Below the pieces are notes generated by a model that saw only the letters and a program-made list of their open reading frames with translations, ran no database searches and was not told the DNA's origin. A program made the translations under genes and the position numbers. Below are positions 9,018-17,801 of a stretch of 64,000 nucleotides of DNA, one piece after another. The number at the start of each line of letters is the position of its first letter. Within the stretch, counting starts at the first letter, position 1. Origin of the DNA: a virus (lineage: Duplodnaviria > Caudoviricetes); IMG/VR virus record IMGVR_UViG_3300013105_000005, positions 1 through 64,000 of that record; one strand, given 5' to 3'.

Positions 9018-9203
9018 GCCACTCCGCGCATTCCAGCAGGTCCGCAATCGGCACATCCATCGTGCGGATGCCCTGCTCGACGACAACTATGCGGTCGCGC
9101 CGGTCGTAGTAGAAGACCGTCCCTTCGGCGGCGCGGAGTTTTTCCGGTTCGGGCATGGCAAGGGGCAAGCAAAAAACGTGCGCCAGTGATACAATTCGCA
9201 CGA

Positions 9204-9671
9204 ATGACCCACGAAGAACTATCCAAGCACGTCGCGGAGCAGGCTGGAAAATCTTGCTTGGCGCAGCATCAAACAGTAGCCAGTATGGCGCACGAGGATC
9301 GCGTCAAGCTGCTGACAGATCGAGGATGGAAGAAATACCGCGATGACGATGGCGAAATGGATGGAGTCTGGACGAACGATAAAGAATGGGGAGGCATTTC
9401 GATTGAATGGGCGACACAGATAGCACTACGACAAGTCGAAGCAGAAAAGAGGGAGAAGACAAAACGCATCAGCCGCATCTGCAACAAGTGTGGCAAACAG
9501 ATGTGCAATGAGTTGGGCGTTTACGGATTGGTCGATGCGGAAGTGAGTGGCGGGTACTACTCTGATCCCTTGTCGGATACCGTGACCTATCGCTTCTCGC
9601 TCTGCGAATCATGTCTGTGGGAATTGTTCAAGAGCTTCGGCAATCCGCCAGAGATTGAATCTTACCTGTAG
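9204..9671 (+). CDS. hypothetical protein with CxxC pairs
   Basis: TGnTACAAT 8 nt upstream of ATG; CNKC and CESC. Confidence 0.6.
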   Translation: MTHEELSKHVAEQAGKSCLAQHQTVASMAHEDRVKLLTDRGWKKYRDDDGEMDGVWTNDKEWGGISIEWATQIALRQVEAEKREKTKRISRICNKCGKQMCNELGVYGLVDAEVSGGYYSDPLSDTVTYRFSLCESCLWELFKSFGNPPEIESYL

Positions 9672-9946
9672 TGACCCGCGCCGCCGCCATCCTCGCGCTG
9701 CTGCTCTGCGGATGCCAGCCATTCGTCCAGCAAAGGGAATTCGAGAGAGCAATCGACTCGACGCGCGCAACGCTCAACGACAAAGACGAAAAGCTCGATA
9801 AGCGGCTCGACGACTTAGAGGGCTTCCGGGGCCAGTTCGACGCGCAACTCACCGTTATCAAAGGCATGTGTGGCTTAGCGGGCTTCGCGATCACAACGGC
9901 GCTGGTGGTGCTAGGACTTCGGCGCAACGGAACGAAAGGAACCTGA
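9671..9946 (+). CDS. lipoprotein/membrane protein
   Basis: LLLCGC lipobox, coiled coil, C-terminal TM. Confidence 0.6.
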   Translation: MTRAAAILALLLCGCQPFVQQREFERAIDSTRATLNDKDEKLDKRLDDLEGFRGQFDAQLTVIKGMCGLAGFAITTALVVLGLRRNGTKGT

Positions 9947-10182
9947 TGCTGCCTCTACTGTCCACCATCATCGTCGGAAACATCGGCAGTCTGATTATCT
10001 GGTTCGTCGCGATGGTCATCGTCTGCGCCATCGTCTACGCGATCATGCGGGCGCTGGAAGCGCCAGCATGGCTGTACAAAATCGCGCTGGTGGCTGGCCT
10101 CGTCCTGCTCCTGCTCATCGTCATTGATTTTCTTTGGGGCGGTGGAAGCGGGAGTGTGTCCAGCCCCGTCATTGTGCGTTAG
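9946..10182 (+). CDS. two-TM membrane protein (holin-like)
   Basis: TGATG coupling; two hydrophobic helices. Confidence 0.6.
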   Translation: MLPLLSTIIVGNIGSLIIWFVAMVIVCAIVYAIMRALEAPAWLYKIALVAGLVLLLLIVIDFLWGGGSGSVSSPVIVR

Positions 10183-10216
10183 CGACTTCCCAACAATTCC
10201 TTGAAAAAGAGGGAGC

Positions 10217-10693
10217 GTGATGATTGTTGCAACACTTTCCGAAGACGCGACAGCGATCATCAAATTCGGTGGGATCGTCACGGCGGTTGTCGTAATCGTG
10301 CGGGCGTGGCTTTGGATGAGCCAGATAACCAATTCGCTCCAGCGCATTTTTCACCTGCTGCCGACGATGGAACTGCTCCGCAAGCTGGAGCCGCTCGTTG
10401 ACGTGCTAACCGCCGAGTTTAGAAAGAACGGCGGAAGCACATTGGCGGACAAGGTAAACATACTTGCGAACGCAAGCACGATAGCGGCGGAGAAAGCCGA
10501 CAAGGCAGCGATCAAAGCTGAAGAGGCAAAAGCCGCCACGGAAAAACAGAATGAAGTGCTGGAGCATCAGGACCAGGTGATGAAGCATCAGGACGATGTG
10601 CTTGATAATCTGACGGGCAGCGTTGAGGAAATCAAAGGCAAGCTGAATCACCTTGCCTGTCAGACGAACGGTGGATGCCAGCCGCCAAAATAA
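10217..10693 (+). CDS. membrane-anchored coiled-coil protein
   Basis: N-terminal TM then heptad-rich region; GGGAG RBS. Confidence 0.6.
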   Translation: MMIVATLSEDATAIIKFGGIVTAVVVIVRAWLWMSQITNSLQRIFHLLPTMELLRKLEPLVDVLTAEFRKNGGSTLADKVNILANASTIAAEKADKAAIKAEEAKAATEKQNEVLEHQDQVMKHQDDVLDNLTGSVEEIKGKLNHLACQTNGGCQPPK

Positions 10694-10720
10694 AAAGACC
10701 GCCGGGATTAACCGGCGGCC
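10691..10720 (-). terminator. intrinsic terminator for the leftward RAMP-like/array transcript
   Basis: CCGCCGG-GATTAA-CCGGCGG hairpin followed by a T-run on the minus strand. Confidence 0.7.
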
Positions 10721-10815
10721 ACCTTGGATTGGAGGGCAGAGCACAGCTTCGCACCGCGCCGCATTGCCTGAGTAGGGCGCGCCCAGCGATGCATAGCAGC
10801 ACGTCGCTATGCAGC
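10721..10815 (-). repeat. 5-nt periodic array (NN-NGC)n, 19 units; candidate guide RNA
   Basis: 13 of 16 in-phase pentamers from 10736 to 10815 begin with GC on + (end in GC on -); lies between the RAMP-like stop codon and the terminator. Confidence 0.75.
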
Positions 10816-11247
10816 TAATTTCACAGCGTGTTCCTTCCACGACGTGACGACGAACTTTCCGAACGGCCCTTTTCTGCTCGGCCGGAAGTCGCCAAGCCCG
10901 ATCCGCTTTCCGGCAGCATCGACAATCTCGCGTAACAGCTTCGGCCCCATCATGTCGCTGTCCAGTTCAATCGTGAAGCTGATTTGCCAGTCATTGAACA
11001 CCGGACGATGGCAGGCGATGCGACCGCCGGTTGATGGAATGACGACACCACGCGAATCGACCGTCCACGGCTCTTTGTGAATCAGCGGCAGTTCAATGCC
11101 GACGATCCCAACGCAAGCCGGAATCAGCGATGTTTTCTGCGTCGTCACCTTCGACTTGCCAGCCTTGAAGAACGTTCCGGCGTCAATGATGCACCGAAAG
11201 AGATTGGGCGCGGGAATGACTTCGGTCTTTCCGTCCTTCGCGGACAA
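10807..11247 (-). CDS. Cas7/RAMP-like phage protein, probably 5'-truncated
   Basis: VIPAPNLFRCIIDAG helix motif, HRPVFNDWQISFTI, C-terminal G-rich loop IGLGDFRPSRKGPFGKF; in-frame TAG 15 codons upstream of the TTG start. Confidence 0.65.
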   Translation of the reverse strand: MSAKDGKTEVIPAPNLFRCIIDAGTFFKAGKSKVTTQKTSLIPACVGIVGIELPLIHKEPWTVDSRGVVIPSTGGRIACHRPVFNDWQISFTIELDSDMMGPKLLREIVDAAGKRIGLGDFRPSRKGPFGKFVVTSWKEHAVKLAA

Positions 11248-11259
11248 GTAAACCTTCTC

Positions 11260-11610
11260 GTGCGAACTCTTTTTCTGACAAACGTTCGTCGGCTACTTGA
11301 TGATCTCGCTAAGCGAGCAGGTCAATCATCGGCTGCACCCGCCGCTGCCGATCTTCTGTTTCTTATGCGCGATTATGCTCAAACATCGCCAGCCGATCCG
11401 GCCGTTGACGTAGTGATGGGTCTACACGATGCGCTTGCTGCTGATGACCGATGGGTAAATACAACCTCATCTCAGTACAGCGGTGCCTCTGCCGTGCTCG
11501 GGAGACTCCTTGAGCGCGCTAACCCGAATGAATCTCTCATCTCGACCTGCATTGAAGCACTTGAAAACCTCGGACTAGACACTACGCCATTTAGTGCTGT
11601 AGCGAGCTAA
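11260..11610 (+). pseudogene. C-terminal fragment of a helical protein (cargo), 5' end fused head-to-head to the RAMP-like gene
   Basis: Only the 3' part of ORF 11077..11610 looks coding; no RBS; lower GC. Confidence 0.4.
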
Positions 11611-11626
11611 TATCGGAGTTCCGCTC

Positions 11627-12517
11627 GTGGCGGGGAATCCACCGAAATACCTGCTTGATTCATCCGTTGTACGCAGTCTCTTTGCAAGCACAAACGAGAT
11701 GCGGGATTACCTTCGCCACCAACTCAGCGGCGGGAGATGCTATGTGCCGACGTTCGTGCGGATGGAGATACGGCGCAGCTTGATCGCTCCGATCGTAGAT
11801 TTCTACTTCTGCCTTATGGCCCCAAACCGCACCGGCATTGCTGATGCGATGGACCTTTGGAAAAACAAGTTTGCGAAGGGCCATCATATCGCAATTGAAA
11901 CTCTTGTCGCCGCGCTGTTCAGAACCCGAAAACTGGACTTAAATTCACTGCGAGATAAGAAGACGGCGCTTATTGAAATTGGCAGATATCTGCGAAATCT
12001 CGAACGAAAGTTACATGGTTTTGCCAACCCAAGCTTTAGCGATCCTGGACGAGACTCGACACGATGCGCTCGGGCTGAGATTGAGCTCAAAGCAGAGATG
12101 GAATCATTGACGCTGGATCTGCAAAAGTTCCTGGATGCTTTCAATGACACCACGACTTGCTTGAGTAAATGCAGAATCCGTGACTTCATCCTTAGCCGAT
12201 ACAGGCGGGAAGTAGATGCCTACATAACCGCAGCAGCCAAGCTTGCACCGATGCCTGATACAGCCAAGGGATTCGCCGGGGTAGCCAAAAAGCTCAGCGC
12301 CATCATAGAAAAGGGTGGCAAGAACTGCTCATGCAGGATGTGCGGAAGCATCGGTGACGCGATCATTGCGCTTGACGCACCACGCGACATGCAGTTGGAG
12401 CACACCGATTATTCTTTTGACCATCTCTGTCCGCCAATACACCAACCACACCGTTGGCATCAATCTGATTTAGCGCTCAATCGGCAAATAGAGGAGTCGG
12501 CCGCGGAAGGAGGTTGA
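11627..12517 (+). CDS. PIN-domain-like ribonuclease with insertion
   Basis: YLLDSSVV N-terminus; GDAIIAL and HTDYSFDHLC acidic motifs; GGAG RBS. Confidence 0.65.
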   Translation: MAGNPPKYLLDSSVVRSLFASTNEMRDYLRHQLSGGRCYVPTFVRMEIRRSLIAPIVDFYFCLMAPNRTGIADAMDLWKNKFAKGHHIAIETLVAALFRTRKLDLNSLRDKKTALIEIGRYLRNLERKLHGFANPSFSDPGRDSTRCARAEIELKAEMESLTLDLQKFLDAFNDTTTCLSKCRIRDFILSRYRREVDAYITAAAKLAPMPDTAKGFAGVAKKLSAIIEKGGKNCSCRMCGSIGDAIIALDAPRDMQLEHTDYSFDHLCPPIHQPHRWHQSDLALNRQIEESAAEGG

Positions 12518-13327
12518 TTACTCTTCCAAATTGATGCCCACCGCCTCAGCCAGCATGCAGGCTGCTCGATATGCCTCATCGTCGCCGTCCCCGTCGTTGC
12601 AGCGTGTGACGATCGGCGGCTCGGTGCCCGGGCGCAGCACCGCATGGAGTTCGGCTGTATCGTTCACACAAAAAAGCTTGACGATGTAGCCGAGCGATTC
12701 GACCTGGAGGATGATTGCCCGAGTTGTGACATCCAATGTGGGTGCTCTTTCCTTCGAAACTCTTGCCGGCTTCGGTTTTGTCTTTGTTGCTGTCTTTGTC
12801 TCTTTCTTTGGCTCATGCTGAGAACGTTTCTGGCGATTCCGTCCACTGATCCGAATCGACTTTCTCACCGGCATCGGAATCACTTTCATTACCGGCAAAC
12901 GGCCTGGCCGGCGCCGCTGCCGCTTACGTGCGGGGCGTCCTGGCTTCGGCTGCGACCGTCCCTGCACGTCCGGCTCTTCAACGGGCTTGCCGTGCTCATC
13001 GCCGTTGCCGGCCACGCTGCGAGCCGACCGCAGTTCCTCCATCACCCCCCACGTCTTGGCCCTACCGTCCTCGAACTGCATCGCGTGCTGGCCGACGCTC
13101 CGATGGATCACATAGGCGAACAACTCGCCCCGGCTGTTGGCGCTGAACCGGCGATAGAGCGTTTTAACGTAAACGTGAACGGTGTGCTTGCTGATGCCGA
13201 GCTTGTACGCAATCTGCTTCTCGGAATCTCCGCGTAACAGCATCGTGAGCGTTGCAATCAGTCGCGGTGAAAGATGTACGCCGTCGGCGGCGATGCTCGC
13301 CACCTGCTCGAATGCATCCATGCCCAA
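12518..13327 (-). CDS. LuxR-type HTH protein fused to an unrelated C-terminal domain
   Basis: LSPRLIATLTMLLRGDSEKQIAYKLGISKHTVHVYVKTLYRRF. Confidence 0.75.
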   Translation of the reverse strand: MGMDAFEQVASIAADGVHLSPRLIATLTMLLRGDSEKQIAYKLGISKHTVHVYVKTLYRRFSANSRGELFAYVIHRSVGQHAMQFEDGRAKTWGVMEELRSARSVAGNGDEHGKPVEEPDVQGRSQPKPGRPARKRQRRRPGRLPVMKVIPMPVRKSIRISGRNRQKRSQHEPKKETKTATKTKPKPARVSKERAPTLDVTTRAIILQVESLGYIVKLFCVNDTAELHAVLRPGTEPPIVTRCNDGDGDDEAYRAACMLAEAVGINLEE

Positions 13328-13450
13328 TACTCCCAGCCCCTTGCCGATATGTGGACTGCGCAGCCGCCATCCATGACAGCTTTTTCAGCGCAGCACCCAT
13401 TATCTATTACACGGCTTGCACGCCACGAGGGACATTTTTGCAAGAATTAC

Positions 13451-13606
13451 TCACGGCCGGGATTGCGGCGGCGTTTCCATCAACAGCTGATGCTCGGGCG
13501 ACTCCTGGCGGTATTGCTCGTGCTGGCGCTCAAGCCGGAGCCTCAGCGTGTGGTAGCCGCTGGTGATGACCACCATCGCCGCCAGCAGGACGATGAGACC
13601 CCACAT
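13451..13606 (-). CDS. small single-TM protein (51 aa, MWGLIVLLAAMVVITSGY...)
   Basis: Translated by hand; TGATG coupling with the integrase fragment. Confidence 0.55.
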   Translation of the reverse strand: MWGLIVLLAAMVVITSGYHTLRLRLERQHEQYRQESPEHQLLMETPPQSRP

Positions 13607-13899
13607 CAGCCGCGGATGCAATCGACTTCGTTGGTGACGGTGCCATCTGGCCTGCGGTAATAAGTCTCCGCGTGCTTCAGATAGGCGACCATCAGTTCAG
13701 CGACGGTCAGTTCCGACGGCGCAACCAGCGGCCGGCGATCGTTGGCCAGCCATTCGGAGATGAGCCTGTCGTACTGGGCGCGGCTGGCGCGGCTGCCGTG
13801 CGGGCCAAGGTAGTTTTCTTTGCCGTCGATGCAGACCACGGCCTGGCCCGAAGCCTTGTGCTTGCGATACGCGGGATTTCGATGCAACAATCGAGGCAT
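13606..13899 (-). pseudogene. int: tyrosine integrase N-terminal (arm-binding) fragment, no catalytic domain
   Basis: YRKHKASGQAVVCIDGKENYLGPHGS...YDRLISEWLA...LTVAELMVAYL, typical of planctomycete integrase N-termini; stops after 97 aa. Confidence 0.8.
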
Positions 13900-14017
13900 G
13901 TGGCGTCACTCCGGTAGCGCAAACCCGTATGTACGGGTTTGGACTCGGAATATAGCCATCACTCAGCGCACGATGCGCAGGGTTATAAGCAGCTTAAATC
14001 AAATGACTTGAGGGAAA

Positions 14018-14059
14018 TGGGCGATACAGGGCTCGAACCTGTGACCTCAGGTGTGTGAT
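14018..14059 (-). other. 3' half of tRNA-Val(CAC): attP-type attachment core
   Basis: Minus strand: loop ATCACAC, ACCTG, AGGTC, T-arm ACAGG-TTCGAGC-CCTGT, ATCGCCC-A; no 5' half; integrase directly downstream. Confidence 0.8.
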
Positions 14060-14203
14060 ACCGCAATCAGATACGTTTGTCTCCATTCGAGACAATTGTA
14101 TCTAGGCGGGTTTTGTTAAGCAAGAGAAAAATCTTTCGGCATGGAACCGCCTCCCAAGCCGCTGGCGAGCACGACGCCAAAGCCTGTCGTAGCACACGCC
14201 TAA

Positions 14204-14611
14204 ATGCTTGCCACCATCACCGACTCCCTGATTGTTGCCGCCGCACCGACCATCGCTGTACTTGCGTCCGCGTTCATCGGCAACGCGCTGGCCGAACGGC
14301 GCGCTAAAAAGCTGAAGCTGGAAGCCGAAGAACGGGCCAGGTACGCGGCGAGGGTCGCCAACGGTGTCGCCGAAGAAATGGCCAAGCAGGCGGCCCGGCG
14401 CGAAGACGCGGCCAAGCAGCGCGACGAGGCGGCGCAGAAGTCGCTACAGGTCGTACACAAGCTGGTGAACTCAAACCTGCTGGACGTGAAGCGCCGATTG
14501 TCCGAAGCCCTGACGCTGCGGGCAAACGAGCATCCCGATAATCTGGATTTGCAGGAGGATGCGCGGCTGGCACGTCTGGATTACGAATCACATTTGAAAT
14601 CGCAGGCATGA
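14204..14611 (+). CDS. membrane-anchored coiled-coil protein
   Basis: N-terminal hydrophobic helix, charged helical body. Confidence 0.6.
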   Translation: MLATITDSLIVAAAPTIAVLASAFIGNALAERRAKKLKLEAEERARYAARVANGVAEEMAKQAARREDAAKQRDEAAQKSLQVVHKLVNSNLLDVKRRLSEALTLRANEHPDNLDLQEDARLARLDYESHLKSQA

Positions 14612-14800
14612 TTACCGAAGCCCCGACACTCACCCCGCGCACTGTCACGGTTGACGAATGCCGCGCGTTGCTCGTCGAACTGGGCTGGTCGCGCCGCACG
14701 ATCCACCTGCTGTTGAGCGTTCCGCCGAAGCCAAAAGCGTTTGCGGCGGGCAGTTTCTAGTTGACGGTCAAGTAATCAAAGCAAAACCAACGAAAGGACC

Positions 14801-15082
14801 ATGATGGACCGGGATACTTATCTTCGGCAGGTGGAAAATGCAGCCATTGAAGGTGTGATCGCACGCGCGACCGCCTCTGATCGCCGCAAGTTCGTGGAGC
14901 GGGAAAACGGCAGGCGCGATGCAATGCGCAGCTTCCCGAACCATAAAGGCGGATATGCTGGATATCGCGGCGGAGCGGACAAGCCACCAGTTCCAGCATT
15001 GTCGCCTCGCGAACGGTTCCACAATCTCGTGGCGTTCATCGTGTCGAAACGGCGCAATTATCGCTTTCTCCAAACGGCATGA
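14801..15082 (+). CDS. hypothetical protein
   Basis: AAGGA RBS; coupled to next ORF. Confidence 0.55.
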   Translation: MMDRDTYLRQVENAAIEGVIARATASDRRKFVERENGRRDAMRSFPNHKGGYAGYRGGADKPPVPALSPRERFHNLVAFIVSKRRNYRFLQTA

Positions 15083-15360
15083 TGCAAAGCTCCCACCGAA
15101 GGCGTGCGGAAATGTTCGCCCCGTCCGAAGTCCTCCATGCAATCGGCTCACTTGACGATCACGGTCAGGTTGTGATTCGCGGCTACATAGAAGAACTCGA
15201 CGGCAAACTGCGACTCGCGGCTTCCCGCGAACTCGACGCGCGGGGCAAGGTCGTGCGGCTCAAAGACGCCATCAATCACGCAATCCAGAACACCCGAGGG
15301 CTTCCCCCGGACTGCCGGGTGCATTTGATGGACGCGGTGGAGGGGCTGACCAAGCCATGA
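15079..15360 (+). CDS. hypothetical protein
   Basis: ATGA coupling on both sides. Confidence 0.55.
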   Translation: MMQSSHRRRAEMFAPSEVLHAIGSLDDHGQVVIRGYIEELDGKLRLAASRELDARGKVVRLKDAINHAIQNTRGLPPDCRVHLMDAVEGLTKP

Positions 15361-15683
15361 CTATCGTCATCTACGAAATCCTGACCCAACTGATTATCTG
15401 GCTGGGGTTGATACGTAGCAGCCTATGCGAGCGCTCGTTAACGATGCAGCGGAAGCATCAGCGGACATTCTTCGCCAGCAACAACGAGATGGCGGAATGT
15501 TGTGACTGCGGACTTGTCCATGTCCACTACCCGCTTTTCGGCGAAGATGTGCGGGAAAAGCATTTCCGCATGGTGCCGCTGCGACCCAAAAGCTATCAGT
15601 ACAAAGCCCGCATTGGCTGTGCACCCGCATCGGCAAGCGTTGATCTATCGGGCGTTGATGCTTGGACGGGAAACCCAAAGTAA
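15357..15683 (+). CDS. hypothetical protein with CCDCG motif
   Basis: ORF; CCDCGLVH putative Zn ligands. Confidence 0.5.
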   Translation: MTIVIYEILTQLIIWLGLIRSSLCERSLTMQRKHQRTFFASNNEMAECCDCGLVHVHYPLFGEDVREKHFRMVPLRPKSYQYKARIGCAPASASVDLSGVDAWTGNPK

Positions 15684-15821
15684 ATGACCATCGGCCTCGG
15701 CATCATCGCGTTCTGCATCGCCTCCATCGGCTTCGGCGTCGGCTGGGTCTGCGGGCGCGGGATGAAGCGGGAAGCGGAATGGGAGCGGGCAGCGAGAGAA
15801 GAACTGGACGAAATGCCATGA
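15684..15821 (+). CDS. single-TM micropeptide (45 aa; FGVGWVCG)
   Basis: Translated by hand; abuts previous stop, ATGA coupling to next. Confidence 0.55.
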   Translation: MTIGLGIIAFCIASIGFGVGWVCGRGMKREAEWERAAREELDEMP

Positions 15822-15916
15822 GACTCCGCCACCTCAGCGTCGGCGACTGGTTCCTCTTCGCGGCGCTCACGCTGCTGTGCATCGCGATGGTGTGGGGCGG
15901 AATCGCGCGACTCTAA
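15818..15916 (+). CDS. single-TM micropeptide (32 aa)
   Basis: Translated by hand; ATGA coupling. Confidence 0.5.
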   Translation: MRLRHLSVGDWFLFAALTLLCIAMVWGGIARL

Positions 15917-15918
15917 CC

Positions 15919-16020
15919 ATGCTCGCCCTTCTCTCCATCATCGCCATCACCGCATCGACATCGTTCGCCGTCGGCTGGATTTGCGGCGTGCATACCGAAC
16001 GAAAGCACTGGCAGCGATAA
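15919..16020 (+). CDS. single-TM micropeptide (33 aa; FAVGWICG), paralog of 15684
   Basis: Translated by hand; shared FxVGWxCG motif. Confidence 0.5.
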   Translation: MLALLSIIAITASTSFAVGWICGVHTERKHWQR

Positions 16021-16083
16021 CCGAGCCTTCCTCCTTCGCCGCGCCAGTGCCGAGAAGCTGGCGCGGCACTTGAAACAAAACCC

Positions 16084-17166
16084 ATGACCCTCACCGACCT
16101 GCTCAACCAGACCGTCACCGACCCCGCCGCGCGCCAGAAGCTAGCCGATGCAATCGCAAAGGCGGGGGGCAAGCTGGATTACACGCTCGGCACGGTGGTT
16201 CCCGCTGGCGCTGACCTCGCGACCTACCTTGCCGCCGCCAAGCCAGGCGACGTACTGCTTCCCGCCAATCCCACGGCGGCATACACCTGTACCGCTGGCG
16301 TCCACCCCGCCGCGGATAACGTGACGCTCGCCTTCGGCGGCAACCCCGTGACCATCCTCCCCGGCGTGCCGGGTGTCACCGTTGCCATTACCCCGATGGG
16401 CGCGAACTTTTCCTTCGGCGGCATCACCATCGCAGCCATGCCACAGAACGATTCGCTGATGCGCTGCGCAGGACTCGCGCCAAACATCCACGATGTAACG
16501 GTTAATTGCCAAGTCAACGATGTACTGATTCTGGACAAGGCGCATGGGGCAAAGGTGAGCAACCTCGTCGCGACCGTGCCGCACGGCTCGCGGCTGATTT
16601 TCAACACCGGCTCCGATGACACGACGATTCTTGATCCAGTGTCGGTTGGTTCGCTCGGTGAGGACTGCATCCGCTTCGGACCCGCCAACGACGGGCACGT
16701 TCCCAGCGGCCACCACGTTATCCGCGTCAAGAGCCTCAAGACGCTCAAGCTGCCCAACAAGCAGCCTTCGACCATCTCCCTGCGGCGGGCAGGTGTCACT
16801 GCCAACGATTCGTTCGATATCAGCGGCGGCGAATGCGACGGCTGGATTCGCATGGGCGAGGAAGGCCACGGCGGGCCAACGGTCGCCAACGTGCTGATTC
16901 ACGATATCACCCTTGGCGTGGACCCGGCTGGCATCAACGCGATAGACGCGCATGCCGGAACCTTCGCGCTGGCGCGGGTCAAGTTCCTCATCCCCGACGC
17001 GAACCGCCGCGCGGTGGGATTCGCAACCACGTCCGGCTCGAAGATGACCTCCGCAGTCGATTGCATCCTGCAATGTCCGGCGGGTTCGACGTTCACTCCG
17101 AAAAAGCTGTGCAATGCGGGTGGGGTCGAGATTCCGGGGACGAACACGCAAGTGGTTCGCGCTTAA
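16084..17166 (+). CDS. right-handed beta-helix (pectin-lyase-like) virion/adhesin protein
   Basis: Repeating I/V-x-I-x-D/N beta patterns, G/T/V rich. Confidence 0.6.
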   Translation: MTLTDLLNQTVTDPAARQKLADAIAKAGGKLDYTLGTVVPAGADLATYLAAAKPGDVLLPANPTAAYTCTAGVHPAADNVTLAFGGNPVTILPGVPGVTVAITPMGANFSFGGITIAAMPQNDSLMRCAGLAPNIHDVTVNCQVNDVLILDKAHGAKVSNLVATVPHGSRLIFNTGSDDTTILDPVSVGSLGEDCIRFGPANDGHVPSGHHVIRVKSLKTLKLPNKQPSTISLRRAGVTANDSFDISGGECDGWIRMGEEGHGGPTVANVLIHDITLGVDPAGINAIDAHAGTFALARVKFLIPDANRRAVGFATTSGSKMTSAVDCILQCPAGSTFTPKKLCNAGGVEIPGTNTQVVRA

Positions 17167-17801
17167 TGCAGCGGCAGCTTCGCCGCGTGACGATCACCGT
17201 CGTCGCGGTGCCGGACGATCAGCTTCCGGCGGGTGTGCCGGTGCTCGATGAACTGGTGTTTTAACTATGCTCGACCTCAACCAACTCGACGCTGCTGTAA
17301 GCGATCCATCCAACGTCGCCCTTTCATCGGTGGACCTGGCGACCAAACTCTCCGCGCCGATCCTGACGCCCAAAAAGACCACCGTCACCAGTACGACGCT
17401 GGGCAACGACTGGGGCGTGACGGCGGCGATAGTCCCGTGGTTGGCTTGAAGTTCAACCACAACCATTGCCATTTGGTCACGCAGGGGAGCCAGGCACATT
17501 TCGACCACCTGCAAGTCATGGGCGGCGCATCCGTGATCGAATGCGACAGCAACATCTTCGACTGCGATTCGCCCCAGCGCGCCATTGGCGTTGACCCCAA
17601 GGCGACGGCGACCACCCCGACCAACAACACGATGCGGATGGTTCCCACCGGCGCAGCGCGCAAGAAGCTGATGATTAGCGGCTCAGGGGAAACTGACGGC
17701 ACCGGGCTTGTCGTGGCATGACCGCCCTCGCCCTCCTCGCCCCGCTCATCCGTGTTGCGCCGCGACGGGAAGATTTACCGGACAAATAAGGAGTTTTGTC
17801 A

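Noticed and set aside
10721-10770. Gapped code AA.GG.GG.GA matching the SD or 16S rRNA 3' end (AAAGGAGGTGA)
   Set aside because: The match fails beyond four dinucleotides against the 16S end; too short to exclude chance. No self-target was found by eye.
10721-10815. CRISPR array
   Set aside because: No 25-45 nt direct repeats with spacers and no cas1/cas2; periodicity is 5 nt. No CRISPR array seen anywhere in the window.
14018-14095. Complete tRNA-Val gene
   Set aside because: No GGGCGAT 5' acceptor strand, no D-arm, mismatched anticodon stem; only the 3' half is present.
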